Shown piece after piece: positions 8,863 through 17,178 of a stretch of DNA of 64,000 nucleotides. Below the pieces are notes generated by a model. It did not search any database. It was not told the origin of the DNA and saw nothing but the letters and a program-made list of their open reading frames with translations. Numbering within the stretch: the stretch's first letter is position 1; each line of letters opens with the position of its first letter. Made by a program: the position numbers and the translations under genes. This DNA is from a virus (taxonomy: Duplodnaviria; Caudoviricetes): the IMG/VR virus record IMGVR_UViG_2706796350_000001, positions 1 through 64,000 of that record; one strand, 5' to 3'.

Positions 8863-9977
8863 TGTTTCCTGTATCAGTAAAGTCGCGCCTGATGTCTCTC
8901 GACCTCGAAGAGAAGACGTGGTTCATCGATCCCGAGACCAAGGTCAAACACGTTCGGGACGCTGAGTATTGGGGTATGCCGGTCGGTACTCCGATCACGC
9001 CTGGCATGAAGCCACAGAAGCTGAAGCCGGTTGCCGCTCTGCCGACCACCACGCCGAAGAAGCCGAAGACCCCGAAGAGTTCAGCGGCACGTCGTGCATC
9101 GAGCACCGACGACTCTCTGGTGGCGCACAGCCGTACACGGCATCAGCCCAAGTCTCGCGTACACCCGCCGTTCGTCCAGCCGGAGGGTTTGGACGAATAC
9201 CGAACGAACCAGATTCGGAAGACGTACGAGGCACGTACCCGTATCCCTCCCCGCAACATCGATCGCTATGAGGGGTTGACGAGCGCGGAGATGCACGATG
9301 ACTGGGCGGAAGAGAGCAAGCGTTACCGTCTTCCCAAATGGACATCGAGCGACAACAAAGAGCCGGACAAGCGCACGCCGACCGAGAAGAAGGTCGGAGC
9401 GGCGGTCGTCAGCTACACGGGCGATAACTACAGCTACATGAATGGCCTCTTGCGCGGTGATGACGTGGCCGTTGCTGATCTTTCCTCTGACGAAGTTCTG
9501 GAATTGGAAAAAGAGATCAAGTACATGGACAAGGCTATGCGTCCTGTCGGTCGACCTCTGCTGGTTCACCGCACCACGTCCGCGCCTGTCTTTCAGAGCT
9601 TGGAGCCGGGCGACCAGTTCCGCGACAATGGTTACGTGTCCACCACGATTTTCGAGGGTTATCTTTCGGAAGTCGAAGAAGAGCTGTACTACGGCGAGAG
9701 CGACGTGCAGTTGTCCATCCTGGTCCCGCCGGAGGCCGAAGGCGCGTTCGTTACCGCGTTCCAGGATCGAAAGGGCGAGTTCGACATCGGAGAAGGTGAA
9801 GTGGTGCTTGCACGCGGCACCGAGTTCCGCGTCGTCAGCCGCGAGGGCAACAATCTCGTGATCGAGGTAGTGCCGCCGGGTACCGAAGGCTCTACCGATT
9901 ACACCGACAACCTGCGCCTCCTGGCACAGTCGAAGTATGAACAGATGCTGTCCGAGGAAGAAGGAGAAGACTGGTGA
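8859..9977 (+). CDS. ADP-ribosyltransferase (VIP2/Alt-like R-S-E clade) with N-terminal tag
   Basis: YTGDNYSYMNGLLRG, catalytic R in LVHRT (9570), YVSTT (9639), GEGEVVLARGTEFRV ExE (9792-9800). Confidence 0.85.
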   Translation: MMFPVSVKSRLMSLDLEEKTWFIDPETKVKHVRDAEYWGMPVGTPITPGMKPQKLKPVAALPTTTPKKPKTPKSSAARRASSTDDSLVAHSRTRHQPKSRVHPPFVQPEGLDEYRTNQIRKTYEARTRIPPRNIDRYEGLTSAEMHDDWAEESKRYRLPKWTSSDNKEPDKRTPTEKKVGAAVVSYTGDNYSYMNGLLRGDDVAVADLSSDEVLELEKEIKYMDKAMRPVGRPLLVHRTTSAPVFQSLEPGDQFRDNGYVSTTIFEGYLSEVEEELYYGESDVQLSILVPPEAEGAFVTAFQDRKGEFDIGEGEVVLARGTEFRVVSREGNNLVIEVVPPGTEGSTDYTDNLRLLAQSKYEQMLSEEEGEDW

Positions 9978-12900
9978 CTAGCACCGCAGAGCGTTTCGCG
10001 TGGACTGGTGACCAGGGCATCACCGTTACTCGAAGCACCAAACCTGAAGACGACCCCACCGTGTTCGAGGACAAGGCGGGGGTGAAGAAGGTTCGGGACG
10101 CTGACTACTGGGGTGCGCCCGTGGGCACTCCGATCGTGGCTGGGATGCGTGCCGCCCATCGCGAGGGCGGTGCCGCAGGGGTTCGCAAGTTCCTACGGAC
10201 GCAGGGCAAGCCGAAAAAGACCCCTAGCTCGCGTTCTGGCGGTCGAACTGGTGGCACAGGTAAGCGAACAGCGGCCAAACCCACAACGGTCGCCACAGGG
10301 CGCACACAGCGCCCCGCATCCGAGCGCGCCCGTGCCATTCAGGACGCGTGGGGTGATCGTGTCGAACCAGGCTCCCGTGACTTCCGTCGACGTGGTGCCA
10401 GCAACCGTGAGTACACCGAGGCGTATGTATCCAAGGCGGAACTTACAAAAGCACGTGAGACCGCCATCGAACGTGCGCGTACCAAAGCGCCGAAGCCCGA
10501 GAAGCCGACGATCGCACGCAACAAGTGGATCATCAAGGAGTTCGGTGGGCCGGGTACAGGTGCCGGTGACATCCGTGGCAACTCGCATGACCGCAGCCGT
10601 CGATCGTGGGCGGTCTATGTGGCGTTCGGAGGATTCAACGTCAAGACGGGCAAGGACAAGGGGTATGTCCCGTGTCTCGGTTGCGGCGCGAAGATGTCGT
10701 GGCATGACAACGCCTCGTTCTCGAAGTTCCCGAAGTTCGAGCAGGACAAGATCATCACCACTGGTGACGGTGGTTCGTACAACCCACAGAACCTCATGCC
10801 TCTGTGTGCGGCGTGCAACAACAAGCGCGGGAGCAAGAAGTTGTGGGACATTCCGGCGTTCGGCAAACAGTCCAAGCCCTCTTGGTACAACGACAAGTTC
10901 GCAGACATGGTGAAGCGAACACGAGCAAGCGAGAAGGCGAAGGCGATTCGTCCACGTGGTGAGTTCCCCGAAGTAGCTATGCCTGTTCCTCCCGGCCATC
11001 CCGGTCGCGTCCGTGCGGTCAAGGGGGACGCGCTCGACCGTTCCGAACGATTTTGGGACGTTTCCGATACCGAAGGAACTGAGGATCAGGGCCAGCCGTC
11101 AACCGGCGATCGCGTCACGGCGCATCTCTGGAACTACGACGGCAGGCACAACGATGTCGAGGCCGGTGTCTATCCGCCTGATGTCGAAGACGCTGAGAAG
11201 ACCATCGTCGGCACCCTGTATGTCGAAGAGGTCGATTCTCTGTTCGGCAAGTACACCCGGCATGTGATTGTCGGAGACAACGGCGAAGTTCGCCATATCG
11301 AGGAAGAGAGCATCGAGTTGGTTGCCAAGTCTCCCGACTACCGAGATCGCCAACTGTTCACCAAGACGCGTAGCCGCGCACTCGGTGTGGAGCTGGACCT
11401 GGAAGAGAAGCGTGGGCTTCGCCGTGTCCGTACCGCAGAGGGTGTTGAGAAGTACGGCATGCCCATCGGCTCGATCATCGGCAGCGCACCCCGGCCTCCG
11501 AAGGGCCGTGGAAAGGGCAAGAGCACGAAGCCGAAAATCAACGATATGCGAGGCGGCAAGCGACGCATCAGCGGTAAGAACGGCAAGGTCGAGAAGCCAA
11601 CTGCTAGCGAGATTAAGAGTTTCGAGAAGTGGGTACTTGACGATCTTGGTGTTCCGAAGAAGAACCTCGACGACTTCAAGAACGGCGTAAAGGATTCCCG
11701 TGGTGTTGTTGATCTCTACATGCCAAGGGCAGGCGCGACGATCAGCATCGTAGATCGACCTGGCGAGACAATCGGAATCATCAATATCCAAACGGGTAGC
11801 CAAGACCCGCAGACAGTCGAGCTGAGTCTCGGCGGACGCGATCGGGACTTGGCATGGGAGGTCTTGGCCGTAGCCCTGCATCGCATCGAGAAGCGCAACA
11901 ACGGTGAAGGTGACGACTACGACGAGGACGGGTTCTGGCCTGCCAACCGATCACCGCGTGAATATGACGCACTACCTGAGTACTGGGGTGGTGTGCGTGG
12001 TGTCGACTGGTCGGAAGAGGGCGACGACACTCGGCCAACCGATGAGGCGCGTCGTTCCCTGATCGAGAAAGAAGCGGCAGACCTGGGGTTCAAGTGGGAT
12101 ACCACGCCGGGAGGCGCTTATCGTCAGTACCACGCCAACGAAGATGTCGGGCTGTGGGCGAAGGAGACTGCCAACGCCGTGATGCGTTCGCACGAAGAGC
12201 AGTTCCCCGGCTTTGCCAAATTGCACGCTTCGATCATCTCTGGCAAGCACCGTCGCGCTATTGCGTGGAATGGTCTAGGAGTTGGCGATGGCAATGACGT
12301 AAACGGGAAATGGCGCAGAGCCCAGGTCACCATCGTTGGTCTTAACCCCGACTGGTTCGGAGAGGATTACGACAATCCGACAAACAATATGCGTGTCAGT
12401 CGCTCTCGGCAAGCATCGAAGCGTGACGGGAAGCTATACCGCTGGCACTCGATCGATTACGAAGACCTGTCAGGGACGATGGGTGTCGATAAGTACGATG
12501 CGCAGTTGATCGGCACGTTGACGCATGAACTCGGGCACACGGTCGGAAACATCTTGCAAGGCAACATGGTCAGAGATGGTGATTTTGCGAACTACGTAAG
12601 AGGGGTCGATCTGGATAACGACGAGGCGACAGTCAGTACGTTCTTCCGTGGTCAGTTGCTCGATCTGCTTTACGAGTTCGGGATTCTTAAGGAAACCGTG
12701 AGCGCCAAGGAACTCGACAACCCGTTGACTTTCCAAAGCGCAGCCAACAAGGATCTCATGCCGCTTGGTGCCATCGACACAGAGGCACTTGCGTACCATG
12801 TATCGGTTTACGGTTCTACTAATTTCGCCGAGATGTTCGCGGAAACATGGGCGGCATACCAACTGGACTCGAACCCCACACAGTTCGTACGGGAACTTGG

Positions 12901-13003
12901 AGCGTTGATGGAAGACGCCCTGAATATGTACCTGGACGAAGAGACCGGCGCACGTGCACAGTTCAAGACGTTCACCGCGACAGGAGGATTGGAAATCTCA
13001 TGA
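9974..13003 (+). CDS. multidomain head-module protein: tag, HNH-like nuclease, unknown domain, second tag, unknown domain, zincin metallopeptidase
   Basis: CLGC...GGSYNPQNLMPLCAACNNKRG; LTHELGH (12524) with downstream YGSTNFAEMFAE. Confidence 0.8.
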   Translation: MTSTAERFAWTGDQGITVTRSTKPEDDPTVFEDKAGVKKVRDADYWGAPVGTPIVAGMRAAHREGGAAGVRKFLRTQGKPKKTPSSRSGGRTGGTGKRTAAKPTTVATGRTQRPASERARAIQDAWGDRVEPGSRDFRRRGASNREYTEAYVSKAELTKARETAIERARTKAPKPEKPTIARNKWIIKEFGGPGTGAGDIRGNSHDRSRRSWAVYVAFGGFNVKTGKDKGYVPCLGCGAKMSWHDNASFSKFPKFEQDKIITTGDGGSYNPQNLMPLCAACNNKRGSKKLWDIPAFGKQSKPSWYNDKFADMVKRTRASEKAKAIRPRGEFPEVAMPVPPGHPGRVRAVKGDALDRSERFWDVSDTEGTEDQGQPSTGDRVTAHLWNYDGRHNDVEAGVYPPDVEDAEKTIVGTLYVEEVDSLFGKYTRHVIVGDNGEVRHIEEESIELVAKSPDYRDRQLFTKTRSRALGVELDLEEKRGLRRVRTAEGVEKYGMPIGSIIGSAPRPPKGRGKGKSTKPKINDMRGGKRRISGKNGKVEKPTASEIKSFEKWVLDDLGVPKKNLDDFKNGVKDSRGVVDLYMPRAGATISIVDRPGETIGIINIQTGSQDPQTVELSLGGRDRDLAWEVLAVALHRIEKRNNGEGDDYDEDGFWPANRSPREYDALPEYWGGVRGVDWSEEGDDTRPTDEARRSLIEKEAADLGFKWDTTPGGAYRQYHANEDVGLWAKETANAVMRSHEEQFPGFAKLHASIISGKHRRAIAWNGLGVGDGNDVNGKWRRAQVTIVGLNPDWFGEDYDNPTNNMRVSRSRQASKRDGKLYRWHSIDYEDLSGTMGVDKYDAQLIGTLTHELGHTVGNILQGNMVRDGDFANYVRGVDLDNDEATVSTFFRGQLLDLLYEFGILKETVSAKELDNPLTFQSAANKDLMPLGAIDTEALAYHVSVYGSTNFAEMFAETWAAYQLDSNPTQFVRELGALMEDALNMYLDEETGARAQFKTFTATGGLEIS

Positions 13004-13599
13004 TGTACCCACCAGGAGAGTCGCCACTCGAAGGACTCACGACGCAGTTTGTCGACATGATCACTGGATTCGCAATCGATCAGCCACTCGGGCCACAGGC
13101 AGGGCCGGGATACTGGGAAGACAACCCCGAAGAGTACGAGCGAATCGTCGCTATGCGCGAGGCCGCAGGGATCACCGTTGCCGACGACATGCTCGGTCCC
13201 GAGGTTGACGTTGCTGTGTCGGATGGGTCTACCGGAGTCGCCAAGCGGAAGAAGGCAGCGCCGCGCAAACCTGCATCCAAACTCGCCGCACGCAACAACC
13301 GCAGCCGCAGCGCCAAGGCACGCTCATTGGCCCTGGAACTGAAGATGGAGTCCAAATCGGCCCCTGGAGTCTTCCCGGCACAGTTGCGCCGTTACTGGCT
13401 TGGAGAGGGCCTTGCACGGTGGGCCACCACGCCGACCCCGTATCGTTCTCTCGTCTCGGCGCTACGCAGTGAGGGAGTGCCGGGTCGGATGATCAATGGC
13501 CTGGCAGCGCGTCTCTACCATTGGCATTTTGGCAAATGGCCGGGCAAACGTGGTGAGAAGGCATGGAACGCACTCGGGTACTTGGAAGGTGACGACTGA
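13000..13599 (+). CDS. head-module protein with C-terminal LRRYW...HWHFGKWPG domain
   Basis: GGAGG RBS, ATG overlapping the previous stop; the domain resembles small modules I recall from actinophage head genes (unverified). Confidence 0.7.
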   Translation: MMYPPGESPLEGLTTQFVDMITGFAIDQPLGPQAGPGYWEDNPEEYERIVAMREAAGITVADDMLGPEVDVAVSDGSTGVAKRKKAAPRKPASKLAARNNRSRSAKARSLALELKMESKSAPGVFPAQLRRYWLGEGLARWATTPTPYRSLVSALRSEGVPGRMINGLAARLYHWHFGKWPGKRGEKAWNALGYLEGDD

Positions 13600-14291
13600 T
13601 GGCTAAGAGCATTCAGCTTTACGCAGCACGAGGAACTGGGGAGCCGTACGGTGCCAACATGCTTTCCAACGTGACCCGCCTCTTGGATCGCGACGTGTTC
13701 ACTATTCGCGAGATCGTGTATCCCGCAGCGATCAGCGGTGCCGGTGGCTTGGAGTCGTGGCAGGAATCCGCCGCCACTTTCCGCGCCTTCATGGATCGCG
13801 AGCTATCCGCAAAACGACCGTGGATGGGAGTTGGCTATTCACTGGGCGCGCTGTGCCTTGGCGATCTGGTCGGCACTCTGCCACTGTCGCAGTGCAAAGG
13901 GATCGGCCTCTTGGCAGACCCACGTCGTCATCGCACGCAGTACTACGGCAGCCGCAAACCGAGTGGGTGGGGAATTGCGGGTGAACGGTTCGTCGGCAGA
14001 GGTGACTACCCCGTGTGGTCCCTGACGGAACCCGGCGACCCGATCAGTGAACTCCCTGGGGATAACGGGTGGCGCAACGTCGCCATGCTTCTCGGATTCG
14101 GCAAACAGCCACGCCCTGCACGAGACTGGGATATGGCGTACTCGTTCGAGTGGCTGAGTCACTATCCTCCGCTGGGCAACCGGCACACGAACTACCATCG
14201 TGAGGTGTTCCCCGGTACGCGTAAGAAGTACACCGAAGTCATGGCCGACCTACTCAATGAGCAGGGGCGGAAGATCATCAGGGAGATGTGA
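13599..14291 (+). CDS. cutinase-like alpha/beta serine hydrolase (LysB/PE-PPE-like)
   Basis: ARGTGE, GYSLGA nucleophile elbow, LADPRR, GDPIS, HTNYH. Confidence 0.8.
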   Translation: MAKSIQLYAARGTGEPYGANMLSNVTRLLDRDVFTIREIVYPAAISGAGGLESWQESAATFRAFMDRELSAKRPWMGVGYSLGALCLGDLVGTLPLSQCKGIGLLADPRRHRTQYYGSRKPSGWGIAGERFVGRGDYPVWSLTEPGDPISELPGDNGWRNVAMLLGFGKQPRPARDWDMAYSFEWLSHYPPLGNRHTNYHREVFPGTRKKYTEVMADLLNEQGRKIIREM

Positions 14292-14863
14292 TGGCCGAGT
14301 ACATGTTGTTCCGCGTACGTCGTGACACTGCCGATCAGTGGTCCGCCCTCAACCCCGTTTTGCCAGATGGTGAATTGGCGTTCGACAAGACCACGAGCCA
14401 GATGAAGGTGGGCGACGGCGTTCGAGCATGGAACGATCTGCCGTTCATGTCCGGCGGTATCGATCTGACGACTCTGACCATCGCGTCCACGAAGATCAGC
14501 GACTCCACGGCAGTCGGTCGATCAGTGCTAACCGCAGCATCACAGGCAGCGGCTCGTACGGCCATCGGTGCGGGTACCGGCAACGGCACCTCGAACCTGA
14601 CTATCGGCACCACGTCGACGACGGCAGCAGCCGGTAACGATGCCCGCCTCAGCGACATGCGTACGCCGAAGGACGGCAGTGTGAGCACGGTGAAGATCGT
14701 GGATCAATCGGTGACTAATGCGAAGTTGGCTACCGAGGTGCAAAACGCTATTGCCAATGCGGGAAGCAATGCCGTTCAAGGGTCGGGTCTCACCTTGGCG
14801 ACTAGCGCTACTGTCCCGGCAGCCGGTACTCCGAACACCACGATCACGGTGGTGGGTCCGTGA
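14288..14863 (+). CDS. virion fibre-like protein with Mtd/hyaluronidase-type N-terminal module
   Basis: WSALNPVLPDGELAFDKTTSQMKVGDGVRAWNDLPF; Thr/Ala-rich remainder. Confidence 0.7.
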   Translation: MMAEYMLFRVRRDTADQWSALNPVLPDGELAFDKTTSQMKVGDGVRAWNDLPFMSGGIDLTTLTIASTKISDSTAVGRSVLTAASQAAARTAIGAGTGNGTSNLTIGTTSTTAAAGNDARLSDMRTPKDGSVSTVKIVDQSVTNAKLATEVQNAIANAGSNAVQGSGLTLATSATVPAAGTPNTTITVVGP

Positions 14864-15507
14864 GTGGTGTGTATCGCGGCACCACACCGGGCCGGGTCTA
14901 CATCGGTACGCAACTCGCCAAGGCCGTTTACAGGGGTGTCACCGAGATATGGCGGCGTGACCCTACCTACGTGGACGTTAGCGCGTCAGGGACGTACACA
15001 GCGCCCTCTTTCGCCGTCTACGCGGACGTTGGCGTCCTCGGTGCCGGGGGTGGTGGTGCTACGGGGGACAACGGTACGTCAACCGCGAACGGCGAGGGGG
15101 GTAACGCAGCGACGTGGCAGTTCCAAACGATCGCAGTAAATCCCGGTGACGTTCTCAACTTCACAATCGGAAGTGGTGGCACGGGAGCAACTGGCGGCAC
15201 CAAGCGTTCAGGTTCAGCGGGAGGCTCGTCGTCGGTCACCGGCCCCGGCCTTAACCTGACATCGAGCGGTGGTTCACCTGGCGTTGGTACAACAGCAAAC
15301 CGAGACCCCGTAGGCCACGGTGCCGCGTCATACACCGCACCCAACGGAGCGACCTTCCCTGGCAGTTCTGATGTCGGCGCTGACACGAACGGAAACACCC
15401 CTGGCGGTGGAGGTGGCGGTGGGTCTTACCCCGGCTGGTTCGGTGCTGTGAGAGCAGGCCGCAACGGTGGCAACGGAGCGGGAAGAATCCGCTGGCGAAG
15501 CTACTGA
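14860..15507 (+). CDS. glycine-rich structural protein
   Basis: GAGGGG, GSGGTG and PGGGGGGG repeats typical of actinophage minor tail/fibre proteins. Confidence 0.7.
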   Translation: MSGVYRGTTPGRVYIGTQLAKAVYRGVTEIWRRDPTYVDVSASGTYTAPSFAVYADVGVLGAGGGGATGDNGTSTANGEGGNAATWQFQTIAVNPGDVLNFTIGSGGTGATGGTKRSGSAGGSSSVTGPGLNLTSSGGSPGVGTTANRDPVGHGAASYTAPNGATFPGSSDVGADTNGNTPGGGGGGGSYPGWFGAVRAGRNGGNGAGRIRWRSY

Positions 15508-15584
15508 TCATCAAGCTCCCGATACAGTAATGAGACGAACACGCGTCTCGCCCTCGAAATACGGAAACGGAAAGGTGTCCGGCA

Positions 15585-17039
15585 ATGCAGAACCTCAATT
15601 ACAAGGCAGTCCCGATCAGTGATGTGGGGGACGGCGGAACCGGAGTGGTCGAGGCCATCGTTTCGGTCACCGGCCTGAAGGACAACGTGAACGACATCAT
15701 TCTCCCCGGTGCGTTCCAGAAGTCGCTGTCCAAGCGCACTCCCAAGGGTGTGTGGCACCACAACATTCAGGAGTCGGTTGCGAAGACGACCGAAATCAAG
15801 GAACTCGCACCCGGCGATCCTAAGCTCCCCAAGACGCTCCCCAACGGTGAACCGTGGCCGGAGAACGCAGGCGGTCTCTTGGTGAAGATGGCCTTCAACC
15901 TCGGCACCAGCCGTGGCCGTGACGCATACGAAGACGTGAAGTTCTTCGGCACCGACCAGGAGTGGTCGATCGGTTACAGCGTGCCGACCGGTGGGGCCAC
16001 CATCGACAAGAAGACCGGCACCCGGCTCATCAACTCGCTCGACCTGTTCGAGTACAGCCCGGTTCTGTTTGGTGCAATGCCAAACGCTCGAACGGTTTCG
16101 GTGAAGTCGGCACAGGAGGCACACAAGGTCATCGTCGGCCTGAACACCCCCGAGGGGCTGGAACTGAAGTCGTTCCTGGACGAGATCGTTGCAGATGAGG
16201 TCAAGGCCGCGAAGAAGAAGGGTAAGGATGAGGAAGACGATCCTGAGAATGCCGACGACGAGACCCCCGACGAAACCGACGACCCCGAGGTCGAGGACGA
16301 AGAGGAAGTAGTCGAGGACGACGAAGAGGTCGACACCGCGAAAAAGAAGCGCAAGGGCAAGAAGTCCATGCAGATCGACGCCACTGGACTCGACATGCTC
16401 GACCGTGCGGTGAAGTCTCTGTCCTCGCTCTACGATCACCTGGTTTCGGAGGTCAAGGAAGCGGCAGAAGGCGACGAGCCGGAAGAGTCGAAGGAAGAAT
16501 CACTGGCCGGTCTTGTGGAGGCAGCCGGATTGGACGCTCACGACGACGCTGCGGCGTTCGATACCGCCTATGCAGACGGGGACGCCGAAGGCATGGAAGA
16601 GTCGGCCAACGCGGTCCTGGACGCCGTGGAAGTGGCACGGGACTCGGATGACGCCGACACGGCTGCACTGAAGCGTGTGACGTCCTACATCTCGGCGGCG
16701 TTCACCAACGTCGAACCGTCCGATGAGGAACCTGCGGAAGAGAAGCAGTTCCAGACCAAGAAGAAGTTCTCGAAGAACGAGCGGGACAAGGATGCGGCAA
16801 AGGGAGCTGCAATGCCCGATGGTTCGTTCCCCATCGAGAACGAGGCAGACCTGAAGAATGCGATCAAGGCATGCGGTCGGGCCAAGGACAAAGAGGCCGC
16901 GAAGAAGCACATCAAGAAGCGTGCCAAGGCTCTTGGTCTGGAAGACCTGATCCCCGCAGACTGGGACGAGTCGAAGGCCGGGGGCGTGCTTTCCCTGGAT
17001 CGCAAGTCCCTGTTCGCAGAGTTCGGAATTGAGGTCTAG
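15585..17039 (+). CDS. HK97-type prohead protease with acidic scaffold-like linker and extra C-terminal domain
   Basis: DIILPGAFQKSL, VWHHN (His), WSIGY (Ser), LFEYSPVLFGAMPNA; C-terminal PDGSFPI..DLKNAI..GRAK module. Confidence 0.9.
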   Translation: MQNLNYKAVPISDVGDGGTGVVEAIVSVTGLKDNVNDIILPGAFQKSLSKRTPKGVWHHNIQESVAKTTEIKELAPGDPKLPKTLPNGEPWPENAGGLLVKMAFNLGTSRGRDAYEDVKFFGTDQEWSIGYSVPTGGATIDKKTGTRLINSLDLFEYSPVLFGAMPNARTVSVKSAQEAHKVIVGLNTPEGLELKSFLDEIVADEVKAAKKKGKDEEDDPENADDETPDETDDPEVEDEEEVVEDDEEVDTAKKKRKGKKSMQIDATGLDMLDRAVKSLSSLYDHLVSEVKEAAEGDEPEESKEESLAGLVEAAGLDAHDDAAAFDTAYADGDAEGMEESANAVLDAVEVARDSDDADTAALKRVTSYISAAFTNVEPSDEEPAEEKQFQTKKKFSKNERDKDAAKGAAMPDGSFPIENEADLKNAIKACGRAKDKEAAKKHIKKRAKALGLEDLIPADWDESKAGGVLSLDRKSLFAEFGIEV

Positions 17040-17178
17040 TGAGACGATGAACGAGAGGCACCGCCCCTCGGTCGGCTATGGTATTCACCAAGGCCGCTCG
17101 TCGGACGTGGTGCTGACCACGAAGACCTAGCCTGTTTTCACAAAACGCACGTCAACACTCAGAAAGTGAGTACCCGTT

